This document shows positions 9,668 through 21,300 of a stretch of DNA of 64,000 nucleotides, in pieces. A model generated the notes under the pieces. It ran no database searches. It saw only the letters and a program-made list of their open reading frames with translations, and was not told where the DNA came from. The stretch is from Vulcanimicrobiota bacterium (GTDB lineage Bacteria > Vulcanimicrobiota > Xenobia > Xenobiales > JADMJV01). The DNA is taken from NCBI GenBank assembly GCA_050250895.1, contig JBFWNU010000004.1, forward strand, positions 353,362 through 417,361, written 5' to 3'. The translations under genes and the position numbers were made by a program. Within the stretch, counting starts at the first letter, position 1, and each line of letters opens with the position of its first letter.

Positions 9668-10896
9668 GCTGCTTCTGAGCGGTACCTCGCCCAGACCGCC
9701 ACGGCCAGATAAGCGGCCAGGAACGCCTCGCAGGCAAGCGTGGCCGACACGGCCCCCTTCCACGAGTAGAGCGGGATCAAGTAAGCATTGAGGCCGACGT
9801 TGAGGACGGCCGTGAGCAGCATGGCTTTGCCACGGCCACGTTGCAGGTCTGCGCCGGTGAGAACAGAGCCGGCCAGCTCCTGGGCGATTTTCAGGCCGGG
9901 CAACAGGCAGAGCAGGTGGACCACCGGGATGGTATCCGAGAACTTCGGCCCTAAAAGGATGGGAATTACCGGAGCGAGCAGCCACAGAAGCGCCGCCGTT
10001 CCGCCAGCGTAGGCCAGGGCCGCTGGAACCAGCCCCCGAGTCAACTTGAGTGCTCCCGCCACTCCCTCGGCCCCGGCCTGAAAGTATCTTCGATACATGG
10101 TACGATTCAAGGCCAACAGGGGGGTCAGGCTGACCTGAACGATCCGATAGGCCGCCCCATACAGTCCCGCCGCATCGGCCGTGGCCAGCCGCAGCAACAT
10201 CGCTTTATCGGCATCATTGTTGATCTGTTGGCACGCCTGGGTCATCGAGAAATCGAACCCATCCGACCGGATCACCGCAAAGCTAGACCACTCGATGGCG
10301 GGGGCGTTGAAATGAAAGCGAATCAGTCCATAGGCCAACAAAGCGGACAACAGTCCGGCCGTGACGTAGAAGTTCAGGTAAAACGCCGGGGTGGGCGATT
10401 CGGCCAGGCAGACGAAGACGATCACGGCCACCAGGCGAAAGGCGAAGGGCAGGTGATTGACCAGAGCGGCCATCTTCATGTTGCCGACCGCGTTAAAGGC
10501 CAGCGAAAACCCCTCCGCGATCTTGGTAAAGAACAACTCGCTAAACCCGGTGGCCAGCACGATGGCCAGCCCGAGTTCAGCCGGAAAGAGCCAACGACTG
10601 GCGCAGCCGAGCCCCAGACACAGCGCCAGGGCAGCCACGAAATTCAGCAAGACCATGCGCCCGAGGCAAACCTCTACGCTAGTTTGAGTTCGGGAGACTT
10701 CCCTGACCATGAGCTGAGGCGTGCCCAGACTGGAAAAGGGAGCAAGAATCCCAAAGATTGCGATGACCCCGATTAAGACACCGTAGTCTGACGGCCCAAA
10801 GGTTCGCGCCAGCAACAGGAAGTAAATGGATCGTCCCACCACGTTCGCCACCTGCCCTAAAAGGTTCCAGGTCATCTCGCGCCGACGACTGGTCAT
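9664..10896 (-). CDS. Polysaccharide flippase (Wzx, MOP superfamily)
   Basis: 410-aa highly hydrophobic ORF with about 12 predicted membrane helices; position inside polysaccharide locus; 4-bp overlap with downstream gene end. Confidence 0.8.
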   Translation of the reverse strand: MTSRRREMTWNLLGQVANVVGRSIYFLLLARTFGPSDYGVLIGVIAIFGILAPFSSLGTPQLMVREVSRTQTSVEVCLGRMVLLNFVAALALCLGLGCASRWLFPAELGLAIVLATGFSELFFTKIAEGFSLAFNAVGNMKMAALVNHLPFAFRLVAVIVFVCLAESPTPAFYLNFYVTAGLLSALLAYGLIRFHFNAPAIEWSSFAVIRSDGFDFSMTQACQQINNDADKAMLLRLATADAAGLYGAAYRIVQVSLTPLLALNRTMYRRYFQAGAEGVAGALKLTRGLVPAALAYAGGTAALLWLLAPVIPILLGPKFSDTIPVVHLLCLLPGLKIAQELAGSVLTGADLQRGRGKAMLLTAVLNVGLNAYLIPLYSWKGAVSATLACEAFLAAYLAVAVWARYRSEAA

Positions 10897-12038
10897 GGGA
10901 CGCGGGGGCCACTCCTTCTAACCTCGTCGTAGATTCTTTCCAGCTTACGAGTCTGGGCCTCGAGGTCAAAGTTGGCCACGGCATGGTCGCGGGCCGCTCG
11001 ACTCATGGTTTGCCAGAGCCTGTCGTCGGCGAGCAGTCGCCGACCGAACTCGACGGCCCGCGGGACCGCGTCTTGAGGGAACAGAAAGCCAGTGCGCTCC
11101 TCGGACACCCCTTCGGGGATACCTCCGAGTCGGGTGGCCAAGACCGGCGTGCCGCAGCTTTGGGCCTCGATAAAGACCAGGCCGAAAGCCTCGACCGCTC
11201 CCGAGGGCATCGCCCGACTGGGACCGATCAGGGCTTTGGAGCGCGCCAGCATGGCCCGGATCTCGTCATCGGGCAGGACGCCCATGAAGTCGGCGTTGCA
11301 TCCCAGCGACTCGGCTAGCAGCGTCAGGGCGGGTCGTTCGGGACCATCGCCCACAATCTTCAACCGTAGATCGGCAAAGGTTTGCTGCAGCCGGGCCGCG
11401 ACCCTGATGGCCACATCGCACCCCTTATCGGGCACCAGCCGCCCCACAAAGGCCAGCCAGTTCTGTCTGGGCTCGCTCTCGGGCAGGGGCGCAAAGACGT
11501 CGGTGTCCACACCGATGTAGTGCGTCTCGAGCAAGGCCGGGGAGAAGCCCTTGCGGATGAGTTCGGTTCGCAGCGCCTCGGACACGCACAAAATCCGACA
11601 AATGGAGCCCGGAAGTCGCCATTTGTTGAGGGCATAGTAGCGACCGAGCCACCCCACTTCTTGGAGCAGAGAATGGCGAAAAGCGTCATAACCGTGATAG
11701 GTCACGACCAGGGGCAGGCCGAGAGCCCTGGCCAGGGGCAAGGCCAAAAGGCCATTGGGACCGAAGTGGGCGTGGATGATGGCCGGGTTGCGTCCTCTCA
11801 ACTCGGCCAGCAGGCGGTGGCTGGGTAGTCCCAACCCGAAGGCCAGAATCCCCAGCCACGATTCGTGCTCGCACAGCAACACTGATTCGGCCGTGAGCCA
11901 GTCTCTTTGCCCGCCCGGTCGCAGCCCCAGGAAAAGAGGCCGGTAGTCACGCAGCGCCTCTCCCTGTCTCTTGATAAACGCCTGGGAAAAGGGCAACAGT
12001 CTATCGGTGAAGATTATGGCGGTGGGTCGGGCGCTCAA
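10893..12038 (-). CDS. Glycosyltransferase family 4; start codon uncertain (TTG at 12038 proposed)
   Basis: C-terminal 380 aa of the 10893..12656 frame are a clean GT4 (IIHAHF ... AFVGRLVPDKG ... FGLVFIEAQSCGTPVL); the N-terminal ~200 codons are Arg/Pro-rich and lie antisense-overlapped with the GT1 gene; no in-frame ATG until deep in the domain; TTG at 12038 overlaps the GT1 stop as TTGA. Confidence 0.7.
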   Translation of the reverse strand: MSARPTAIIFTDRLLPFSQAFIKRQGEALRDYRPLFLGLRPGGQRDWLTAESVLLCEHESWLGILAFGLGLPSHRLLAELRGRNPAIIHAHFGPNGLLALPLARALGLPLVVTYHGYDAFRHSLLQEVGWLGRYYALNKWRLPGSICRILCVSEALRTELIRKGFSPALLETHYIGVDTDVFAPLPESEPRQNWLAFVGRLVPDKGCDVAIRVAARLQQTFADLRLKIVGDGPERPALTLLAESLGCNADFMGVLPDDEIRAMLARSKALIGPSRAMPSGAVEAFGLVFIEAQSCGTPVLATRLGGIPEGVSEERTGFLFPQDAVPRAVEFGRRLLADDRLWQTMSRAARDHAVANFDLEAQTRKLERIYDEVRRSGPRVP

Positions 12039-13270
12039 GGTTGCTCGAGTTGTACACCGGAGACCCCAGCTCCTGGATTCTGGTCGAGCAGGACCTGGCA
12101 GGTCAGGTCGGTGGCATTGGCCGCAACGGCGCCAGGACGGTCCTGGGCCAGGAGGCGGGCCAGCCTGGTTCGCATGCCCGACAGGCCGGTCGAACCCAAA
12201 TTCAATCCGGCGCCGAGAGCCTCGAGCCGGGCCGCGTTGTCGGGCTGGTCGTGGGCCATCGGGACCAGCAACTGTGGGATCCCGGCCGCCAGCGCCTGAG
12301 CCGCGGTGCCGACTCCGCCGTGGTGAATCACCACTCTGGCCCGAGCAAACAAGGCGCCAAAGGGGGCCGTGGCCACATGGAAAACATCGTCCTCGGGCGC
12401 CGTGGGAGGCAGGTGAGGCGATACCAACACCACTCGCAGGTTCAGACTGCGGCAAGTGGCCACCGCCTGCCGAAAGCTCTCTTGACCGTGCCTTTGCCCG
12501 GTGCCAAAGGTGACGACGGCCGGAGCGGGACCGGCCGCCAGAAATGCTTCGAGTTCGGACTGCAGCGATTCGTCGTCGCCCAACAGAAAGCCGGTCTGAA
12601 ACCCGGGCCTGGGCCAATCGGCGGCGGGGGCGGCGAACCACCGAGGAAACAACCACAGGTGAATGGCGCCGGCCTGCATCCAGGCGAGCACCTTGGGGGC
12701 CGGGGCCAGGCCTGCGCTCATCCGCACTTCACGGAGGGCGGGCTCTACCAGGCGGTCTATGTTGACTTCGTTGAGCCGGTAGAAGAGCCAGCGAATCCAA
12801 CGAGGCATGGGGGTCACCCACTCCCAACCGCAGATCAGGGGCGTGGCCTCGAGGCTGACGATGCCGGCCGGCGCAAACCAGAGGCAGAAACGGGGCCAAT
12901 CCAGCAACTCTTGCAGGATGCGTGTGGCCGGAAGGGCCAGATAGGTCGAGACCAACCTCCACTCCTGGGCCCGGGGCAGCGAAAGTCCCAGCTCTACGAT
13001 CGGCCGGGTCGCTGGCACCATCAAGCCTTGCAAGACCACTCCGAAAAACCGGCGCGGATGCCAAAAATCGGGGTTGGATAGGGCGGCATCGTAGAGTTCT
13101 CTGGAGAGCACCGAGGTAAAGTCCAGTCCGGCGGCTTCGGCCAGGTCCTGGTAGGGCTCGGGCCCGGCTAGAATCACCGTGTGCCCCCGACGGCATAGCT
13201 CGCCGCCCAGCCGAATGCACGGCCTGATGTCTCCGCCGGTTCCCAGGGCGACCAACAGAAAATTCACCAA
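12035..13270 (-). CDS. GT1-family glycosyltransferase (MGT/UDP-glycosyltransferase-like)
   Basis: 411 aa; N-terminal GTGGD, C-terminal nucleotide-sugar motif VVIHHGGVGT ... HDQPDNA typical of GT1 enzymes. Confidence 0.8.
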   Translation of the reverse strand: MVNFLLVALGTGGDIRPCIRLGGELCRRGHTVILAGPEPYQDLAEAAGLDFTSVLSRELYDAALSNPDFWHPRRFFGVVLQGLMVPATRPIVELGLSLPRAQEWRLVSTYLALPATRILQELLDWPRFCLWFAPAGIVSLEATPLICGWEWVTPMPRWIRWLFYRLNEVNIDRLVEPALREVRMSAGLAPAPKVLAWMQAGAIHLWLFPRWFAAPAADWPRPGFQTGFLLGDDESLQSELEAFLAAGPAPAVVTFGTGQRHGQESFRQAVATCRSLNLRVVLVSPHLPPTAPEDDVFHVATAPFGALFARARVVIHHGGVGTAAQALAAGIPQLLVPMAHDQPDNAARLEALGAGLNLGSTGLSGMRTRLARLLAQDRPGAVAANATDLTCQVLLDQNPGAGVSGVQLEQP

Positions 13271-13366
13271 CCCAGGGCTGCCTGTTCGTTAGCGGTCTCA
13301 TTCGCAGGCCTGGCTCGGTGGGGGTCGAAGGTCGCCCCCAGTCCACAGGTAGGCCGGCGATCCCAG

Positions 13367-14635
13367 GTGTTAGCAGTCACGCCTTTTGAAAAACTCTTCC
13401 TCTATTGCGACGAGGTCGCGGGCCCGACGGCCTTCGAGATCGGGCTCGAATTTACCGCTGACTTCGACCACCAGAAACTGACCGCGGCTCTCGACCGGGC
13501 CGTGACGCGCCACCCGATGCTCTCGGCCCGCATCGAAGAGCATCGCGGGCGGTTGGTCTGGGTGCCTCAGCCTGAATACCACGTTCCGCTCTTGCCGCCC
13601 GCTACCGGCAACCTCCTTTCGCCCTTGCACGGGGGCGGAGTGCGAGTTCGGCTTTCTGACCTGGGGCCGGGCACGCGTCTGCTCTTCGAGATTCATCACA
13701 GTTGCTGTGATGGCCGAGGGGCGTTCTTGTTTCTGGACGACTTTCTCCAGGACTACCACGAACTCTGCGGCGGCGCCGCCCGACGCCGCCCCAAAAGAGA
13801 TCTGTCGGTACTGGAAAGGAGGGGGCAGGTCGAGGTTTCGGAGACCAGCCTCGAACTTTCCCTGTGGCTGAGGCTGCGCCTAGCCTGGGACTTTCTGAGC
13901 ACTCGGCCCCAGGGCTTTGGCGATGTGAAGCGACCAGCTCGGTCGCACCGCCCGTTCTCTCAGCAGCTGTTTTCGCCAGCCCTGAGTTCGCTCATCGACA
14001 GCCGCCTGGCTGGCTCAGGGGCCAATCTTAACGACCTCGGTCTGGCCTTGCTGCTGCGGACGCTGGCCTCTACCTCGTCCTCCTCCCAGCCGCTGCGACT
14101 GCTGGTGCCGACCAGCCTGCGTCGCCTCTCTGACTTCAGGGCCGGGGCCAGCCACCGCACCAGCTTCGCCTTTCTCACCCGGGCCCCACACGATTGCCTC
14201 GGCGGCTTTGCCGACCTGCTCGAGTGGACCGTGGGCGAGACTCGCTTCATCAAAGCGGCCCGTCCCGACTACACCACCGTGTTGGGCGTGAATCTGCTCG
14301 AGCGATTGCGCCTGCTCCGTCGCTTCTTGAGCTGGCCCCAGGCCCGCAACACGGCCGTGCTCTCTTTCATGGACGATGTCACCCGACTCCTCTCGCTCAA
14401 GCGTTTTCCCAGTTCTGCCCAGGGTGTGGGCATTGGCGACCAGGTGTTGAGCGGAGTCTTCGGCGTGCCCCCCACCCGACCGGGCACGAGTCTCAGCTTT
14501 GGCCTGGGCCGCTTCCAGGGGCGCGTCAACGTCTGTCTGAAGGGGGAGCCCCAGGTGGTGTCCGAGCAACTCGAAGCCCAGCTCATGGCGGCCTATACCA
14601 AAGGTTGGCAGGCTTGGGCCGAGGGCGCTCTCTAG
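13367..14635 (+). CDS. Condensation-domain-like acyltransferase (HHxxxDG family; PapA5 / WS-DGAT-like)
   Basis: 422 aa; catalytic-type motif HHSCCDGRG about 110 aa from the N-terminus; convergent with the SDR gene and divergent from GT1; start codon appears to be GTG. Confidence 0.6.
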   Translation: MLAVTPFEKLFLYCDEVAGPTAFEIGLEFTADFDHQKLTAALDRAVTRHPMLSARIEEHRGRLVWVPQPEYHVPLLPPATGNLLSPLHGGGVRVRLSDLGPGTRLLFEIHHSCCDGRGAFLFLDDFLQDYHELCGGAARRRPKRDLSVLERRGQVEVSETSLELSLWLRLRLAWDFLSTRPQGFGDVKRPARSHRPFSQQLFSPALSSLIDSRLAGSGANLNDLGLALLLRTLASTSSSSQPLRLLVPTSLRRLSDFRAGASHRTSFAFLTRAPHDCLGGFADLLEWTVGETRFIKAARPDYTTVLGVNLLERLRLLRRFLSWPQARNTAVLSFMDDVTRLLSLKRFPSSAQGVGIGDQVLSGVFGVPPTRPGTSLSFGLGRFQGRVNVCLKGEPQVVSEQLEAQLMAAYTKGWQAWAEGAL

Positions 14636-15381
14636 AGCAGGCTGATACCGCCGTCCACCACCAGCGTCTGGCCCTGAATCAGGTCGGCCAGGGGGCTCGA
14701 CAGAAACAGGACACTGTCGGCCACATCGTCACAGGTCAGCTTCCGTCCGGCCGTGAGCAGGTGCTGGTCGACTGTTTCGAAGAGAGCCTCGGGCAAGGCT
14801 TTAGTCGATTGGGTTCGCACCAGCCCGGCCAGCACGACATTGAAATTGATCTGCGGAAACTCCAGAGCCAGGTGACGCGTCAGGCTCTCCAAAGCAGCTT
14901 TCGAAGCCCCGATCATGCCATAGTTCTCGATGGCTTTGCGAGCTCCGTGGCTCGACAGGCTCACCACCTTGGGTCGTCCCGAACCGGCTTGCATCCAGGG
15001 CAAGGCGGCCTGCACCAGACTCACCAGGGCCATGGCGTTGACGTTCATGGTGGTCTTGAACTGCTCCGGAGTGATCGAGCGCAGCGAGTGAAAACCGCCC
15101 CGGGCCACATTGCTCACCAGGATGTCCAGTCGGCCGAATCGTTGACCCACAAAGTCGAGCATGGCCTCAATGTCCTCGGCTTCGCCGATGTCGGCTTTGA
15201 CCACCACCGCGTCTCGGCCCAATTGCTGCACCTCTTCGGCCACCTGCTCGGCGGCCCTGGGCGAGGCCAGATAGTTGATGACCACGTCGGCCCCGGCCCG
15301 AGCCAGCTTGAGGGCGCAGGCCCTCCCGATGCCGCGCGAGGCTCCCGTGACCAGCGCCACCTTTCCGTCCAATTCGATCAT
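14632..15381 (-). CDS. Short-chain dehydrogenase/reductase (FabG-like)
   Basis: 249 aa; Rossmann motif VTGASRGIG near N-terminus; 4-bp overlap with PKS stop. Confidence 0.9.
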   Translation of the reverse strand: MIELDGKVALVTGASRGIGRACALKLARAGADVVINYLASPRAAEQVAEEVQQLGRDAVVVKADIGEAEDIEAMLDFVGQRFGRLDILVSNVARGGFHSLRSITPEQFKTTMNVNAMALVSLVQAALPWMQAGSGRPKVVSLSSHGARKAIENYGMIGASKAALESLTRHLALEFPQINFNVVLAGLVRTQSTKALPEALFETVDQHLLTAGRKLTCDDVADSVLFLSSPLADLIQGQTLVVDGGISLL

Positions 15382-18300
15382 GCGCCGATTCGGTTGGGGA
15401 CGCCGAGCCAGGCCAGCCGATAGTCATGGGCCCGCGCCATGAGCTGGCCATCGTCCCCCCAGAGATGAATTTCGAAGCGCTCCTCGCCTATCCATTGCAC
15501 CCTGACGACACAGCGCTCGCCCGGGCGGGTGAGGCGCCCCACCCACAACTCGCCGATAGTCGCTGGCACCGTGTGCCCTTCGCGCACGCTCTTCCAGGCC
15601 AAGATTCCCGCCGCATAGAGACATCCGTCCAGGATGGCCGAGGGCAGCCGCCACCCTACTGTAGAGCGGTGAGAGCCGGCCAGTTCCACCAAGGGTGGGG
15701 CCACCAGTTCGCCCCAGAGAGTCTCTCCCTCTATTTGATAGCGTCGCAGCGTTCGCAACGAGGGCCCGTGGTACATCTGACCCGAGTCGGAATAGGCGAC
15801 CGGCTCCCATTGGTCGGGAACCTCGGGGCAGGCCAGTGACTCGACCGGCATCTCGTTCACCAACTCTACCTCGAGCAAAGTTCGGCGCGCCTCTAACACC
15901 GTTCCGTCGCGGGCCAACTGGGCATAGAGCAGCCTCACCGTATTGTCGTCACGAGCCACTTCCACCTGGCGTGGACGCCCCTCGTGGAACTTCAGAAACC
16001 CTGCCGGTCGGACTCGCCTCAAGCCGATGGGGCCAGGACCTCGAGATTGCGCCTCGCAGGCCAACTCGAGGGCCACCACCAGGGGTAGTACCGGAACGTC
16101 TTCCACCCGATGGTCTCGCAAGAAGGCTTCCTGCTCGGGATCGAGCCATACCTGATTGGAGGTTCCCAGCAGGGGTCGGGCGGCCTGCTGCGTCTCGAAC
16201 AGCTCGGCGTGATAGAATCTGCGGTAATAGTGCTCATCGGTGATGAGCACCTCGGCTCTGGGGGCGCCGGCCTGCAACTCGGCGATGAGGTGAGCGACCC
16301 CCTCGGCCGCTGGCATGAAGTTCATGTTCACTAACTCGAGACCCAGCTGGCTCTCGCCTTTGACGGCCATTCCGACATCGCCCCAGGCGTGCCAATGAAA
16401 GGTCACCGCGCCGACCTCCGGCCGTTGCTGACGATAATAGGCCACTAGCTTGGCCATCATCTCGTTGGCGGCCGAATAGTCGGCGTGCCCGTTGGCCCCG
16501 AACCGACCACTGATCGAGCCGAAGGCGACAAAGAAGTCGAGCGGGTCTGCAGCCATCAGGCTCATCAAGTTGTGGGTTCCCAGGACCTTGGCTCCCAAGC
16601 ATTCCCCCACCTTTTGGTGGTCCTTCTGCTCGAACTTCGAATCGCGGGTGGCCCCGGCCCCATGCAGGACGCCGCGAATGGGTCCATCGGCCCGGATCGC
16701 CTGAAGAGTTTGGGCCAGCCGGTCCCGATCGCTCAAGTCGCAACTGTGATAGTGCGCTTCCAGGCCGGCTTCGTGGAGGGCCACCAGGGCCGCCTCGATC
16801 TCGAGGCCCTTCTCGACGGCTTCCCAGCTTTTGACCGGGTTGGCTGCTCCCTGAGAGCGAGCCGTATCCATCACTTCCAGCTTCAATCCACGGCGGTCCT
16901 GTAGCCAACGGGCTCGCCACTCGGGCGGATGCGAGGGACCGGGGGCCCGTCCGATGAGATGGAGCTTCAATCCGAAGCGGCCGGCCAGTTCGCGGGCGAC
17001 GTGGGCAGTGATGCCCCGGGCCCCGCCGGTGCAGACCCAGTTACCGCGCGGCAACACCGCCTGGCCGTCCCGGTCGTCCACTGGCTGGGGTTCGGCCGTC
17101 ACCAGGGCCCGTTGGCCGGCGATTTCACCGATCTCGAGCTCATAGTTGCGGTGGCAAAGCTCTCGTAGCACGCGCTGGCCAGCGTCTGAGGCACTGATAT
17201 CAGGGCCGCAGTCGATAACTTTCACGGTCAAATCGCGATGTCCGGCTACCCAATTCTCGATGCGCATCGACTTTAAAAGGCCGGCCAGAAATCCTCCGTC
17301 AGGACCCTCTATGGGCGTTCCAAAGCCGAAGCCGCCCCCGAGTCTGGTCACGGCCACCACGGTGGCCTCGTCCACCAGGCCGTCTCCCTTGACCCGCCGC
17401 AACCATTCCTGGCAGAGCCAGAACGGAGTCGTGATGCGGGCGGTGTAATGCTCTGGCCGCTCCAGTTCGCCCGGCACCCAGGCGGTGGTGATAAACAGGT
17501 GGGGTAGCGGCCCGAGCGCTTCGAGACCTCGCTTGAGTTCCGTCAAGGCCCGGTGGGTATCGAGGATATGGACCGGCCCCCTGAGGCGGCTCGCGAGTTC
17601 ACGACTCAAAGCGTTGTCTCCGATGATCAGCGAAGCTCCGCCAAGGCTGCGAGTGGGCGAGAGCGGGAGGGGACATTCGACCATCCTCATCAGGTAGCGC
17701 TGAGTCTGGTCGGGGGTCGAGCCGGGCAGGGTCCCGTGGCGCTCTTTGTAGCCGATCAGGTTGTAGAGATGGACTCCCGCTCCCTCGGCCAGGCCGCGAA
17801 GCTCTTCCAGGGTGGCCGGGTCGAGGCCGGCCTCGAGGTCTTTCCCAGGCCGCCTTTGCCAGGGAAAGACCTTGAGCGCATCGTGGCGCAGAGCCGCGCG
17901 GATGGCTTGGGATTGCGCCCGGCCACGTAGCCGAGCACTTTCATAGGCCTGCCCGCTGACGCGGGGCAGGAGCGGCGCCTCGGCCTCGGTCGGGGCCTCG
18001 GTCACCCCGATATGCTCGAGAATGTCTTTGAGGCTTCGGAGGTTGGCCAGCTCTTTGTCAGAGGTGTCTAGACCGAAGGCATCGCGCAGCTCGCCCAGCA
18101 ATTGGGTTCTTTTGATACTGTCGATGCCGAGGTCGGCCTCGAGTTCCCATTCCAGCTTGAGCGCGCTACGTGGATAGCCCGTCAGGTCGGCAACATGGTC
18201 GAGGAGAAAGGCTTGAGCGCGGGCGTCGATGGCCGTGGTGCGTGTCTTGCCGCTAAGGCTGTCTTCCCCCAGCACGCGCTCGAGGCGGGGCCGGGTCGCG

Positions 18301-21300
18301 TCGAAATGATCGATGCTTCCGAGCCCTCTCTGGGTGGTCGTCGAGCGCGCCTGGGGCAGCCGGTCGACGCATTCGAAGGCGGCTTCGAGGCGGGCCCACT
18401 GGAGGGCCCGCTGGCGACGCGGGTGGTCGACCGAAGTCACGATCACATTGCGCTCCTTCAAATTTTGGCGGGCCAGTTGAGTCAACACCTGTTTAGGGCC
18501 CACTTCGACGAGCAGGCCGACTCCGTCGTTCACGAGTTGATCCAGGAGCTGACCAAATCGGACCGGCTCGACCAGTTGCCGAACCAGATTCTGGCGGATG
18601 ACCTCGACCTGGGTAGCCGGCTGATTGGTCACGTTACTGTAAAACAGGATCGTGGGTGGACGCAGCTCGAGCCTGGCCAGCCGGGCTTCGAGGGCCGTCT
18701 GAGCCGATGCCACCAAAGGAGTGTGAAGGGCGCCCGGAACCTTGAGCCGGCGAGTGGGCATGCTGTCTTTTCTCAGCTCGCTCTCCAGGGCGGCCAGCTG
18801 ACTGTTAAGGCCGCCCACCACCGTCTGACCGGCGGCGTTATAATGGGTGAAATAAAGTCCTAGCTCGGCCACCAGAGGCTCGAGCCGTTGGGGAGGCGCG
18901 GCCACGGAAAGCAGACCTCCGTCGGGCGAGGCTGCTAGCAGAGCCTGAGCGCGGACCTGGGTCAGCTCCAGAGCGTCTTCGAAGGTCATGACCCCGGCCG
19001 CCACCAGGGCAGGAATCTCGCCAAAGCTGTGGCCACACACACAGTCGGGCCGATAGCCTTGCTCGTCGAGCACGGCGAAAGCGATCTGATCAGCGATCAA
19101 GACGGCCAACTGGGTGACCACCGGGTCGGCGTCAAGGCGCTCATCCGCTTGCCAGGCCAGGAGTCCAAAGCCAGGCAGGCCCATCTTCTCGAGGGCAGCG
19201 TCGGCCCGGCGCACCACGGCTGCCGCGGCCGCGGACCCGCTCACCAGGTCTCGCAGCATGCCTTGATACTGAGAGCCCTGACCCGAGAAAAGATAAGCGA
19301 TCCGCGGTCGAGCACGGCCGAGTTCGCAGTAGAAGATACCCTGCTCTTCGAGCAGGCGCCGGCCCTTGGCTTCGGCCAACTGGTCAGCTGCCAGAGCCAC
19401 ATTCTGGGCCAGGCGAGGCTGGTCGGGAGCCACGGCCACCAGGCGGACCGGGTCGGCCTGCGCCAGGCCCTGGCGACCCTCGCGAAGGTTGGTCGCCAGT
19501 TGGTTCGGGTCGTGGGCACTGTAGCGAGCCACCCGGGCGGTGACGGATGACCGGGGGCCGGCGCCCTCGAAGATGAGCTGGGCAGCCTGGCCGGTCTCGG
19601 CCAGGCCGGCCAGCACCACTCTCTCTTGCGGATGGCACAAGCTAGCTCTCAACAACGAGAGCATCCCCCCGGCCGCATGCAGAGCCCCGAATTGGGCGGC
19701 CAATGAGGGCAAGAGGGGCTTGCCGCAGACCCGCTCCAAAACCGGGGCCAACTCGGCCGAGGGGGCATCAGCCAGGGCAAGGCCCGGGTCAGACAAGGCA
19801 GGGCCGACCACCAATTCGAGGGCCGACTCGGGGGTGAGTCCGCTGGCGAGTTCTGCCGTGTGCAAAAGGCCATAGATTCGGTCCCCGTCCTGCTGGGCTC
19901 GGTCGAGGGTCTTGAGGATGACCACTCCGACCCCTTCGCCTGGCAACTGGGCGCTCAAACGACCTTTGAGGGCAAGACTCTCGAACCCCACCAGGTCCAT
20001 GGAGTGCTGGCCGGCCGCCACCACCACGGCTGAGCAATCGCCGCCCCGCAGCAGGTCACAACCCACCTTCAAGGCCGCCTCGGACGATGTCTCGCCCACA
20101 TCGAGAGCCAGGGCTCCACCGCGCCAATCGTGGGCTTTAGTCAATCGTGAAGCGAGAGAGCTACAGGTAAAGCCTCCCGTCTCGTCGAGCAGTGCCGAGT
20201 ATCGCTCGAAGAAAATCCGGTCGAACTGCTCGAGCAATCCGGGCTTCGAGAGGCCCAACTCAGCCAGCAGCCTGGCCACCTCACGGCGAATCTCGGCGTG
20301 GCGAAAGCCCACTTGCATCTGATTGCCGAAGTCCGAACAAAAACTCGCGCCCACCACCACGGCTGTCGAGTTTGCCTCGAGTGGGGAGCCCAGCTCTGCC
20401 AGGGCCTGATTGGTCGCATCCAACAGCATCAGCTGGACCGGATTGGCCCGCTTGACCTGCTTGGGAGGAATCTTGTGGCCGACGGCGTCGAACTCGAAGT
20501 TAGTGATGTAGCCACCGCGACGGGTGGGCGTATGCCAGGGCTGGAGCTGCTCGGCCAGGCCGGCGTCACTGGGCCAGCGACCGGCCGGCGGTTCGCCGAG
20601 TTGGGACTGGCCGCTGCCGAGCAACTCTTTCAACTCGCCCAGGTTGCGAGCGCCGGGGACGACGACGCCGCGCCCGACCACCGCCACCAGCGGCTCGTCG
20701 GCGGCCACCGGCTCGACCGGTCCGCCTGGCTCTTCGACCACCAGGTGAACGTTGAGACCGCCCACCCCAAAGGCGCTGACACCGGCTCGGCGAGTCTCTC
20801 CCTGACGGGGCGCAGGCCAATCGGACGGCTCTCGCTGGACCACGAAAGGTAGCCGCGACCAGTCCACTCCGGGGTTGAGCTGGTCGACGTTGATGGTGTG
20901 GGGAATGCCGCGGTGTCTCAAGGCCAGCACGACCTTCAACAAACTGGCCAGTCCGGCCGTCTCGAGCGTATGCCCCAAATTGGACTTGACACTGCCGATG
21001 GGTATCTGGCGTCCTTTCAGATGAGGCCCGAAAAAGGTCGACAAAGACTCGAGTTCGGTGGCGTCACCCAGCTGAGTGCTGGTGGCGTGGGCTTCGATGT
21101 ACTGGACGCTGGCCGCGTCGACTCCGGCGTAGCAACGTTGCAGCGCCTCGAGCTGTCCCTCGGCACGGGGGGCCCACAGACTGCGACCGCGACCATCCGA
21201 AGACAGACCGATCGAGCGGATCACCGCTTGCATCGAATCCCCGTCGCGGCGGGCCGCATCGGCCCGCTTGAGGACCATTGCCACCACTCCTTCGGAGCTG

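Noticed and set aside
12041-13081. 346-aa plus-strand ORF antisense to the GT1 gene
   Set aside because: Gly/Arg/Pro-rich low-complexity translation; the minus-strand frame carries the GT1 HHGGxGT signature.
13300-13335. GGGGG...CCCCC inverted repeat in the GT1/acyltransferase divergent region
   Set aside because: Imperfect, with a mismatch in the inner stem and a long loop; indistinguishable from chance in GC-rich DNA.
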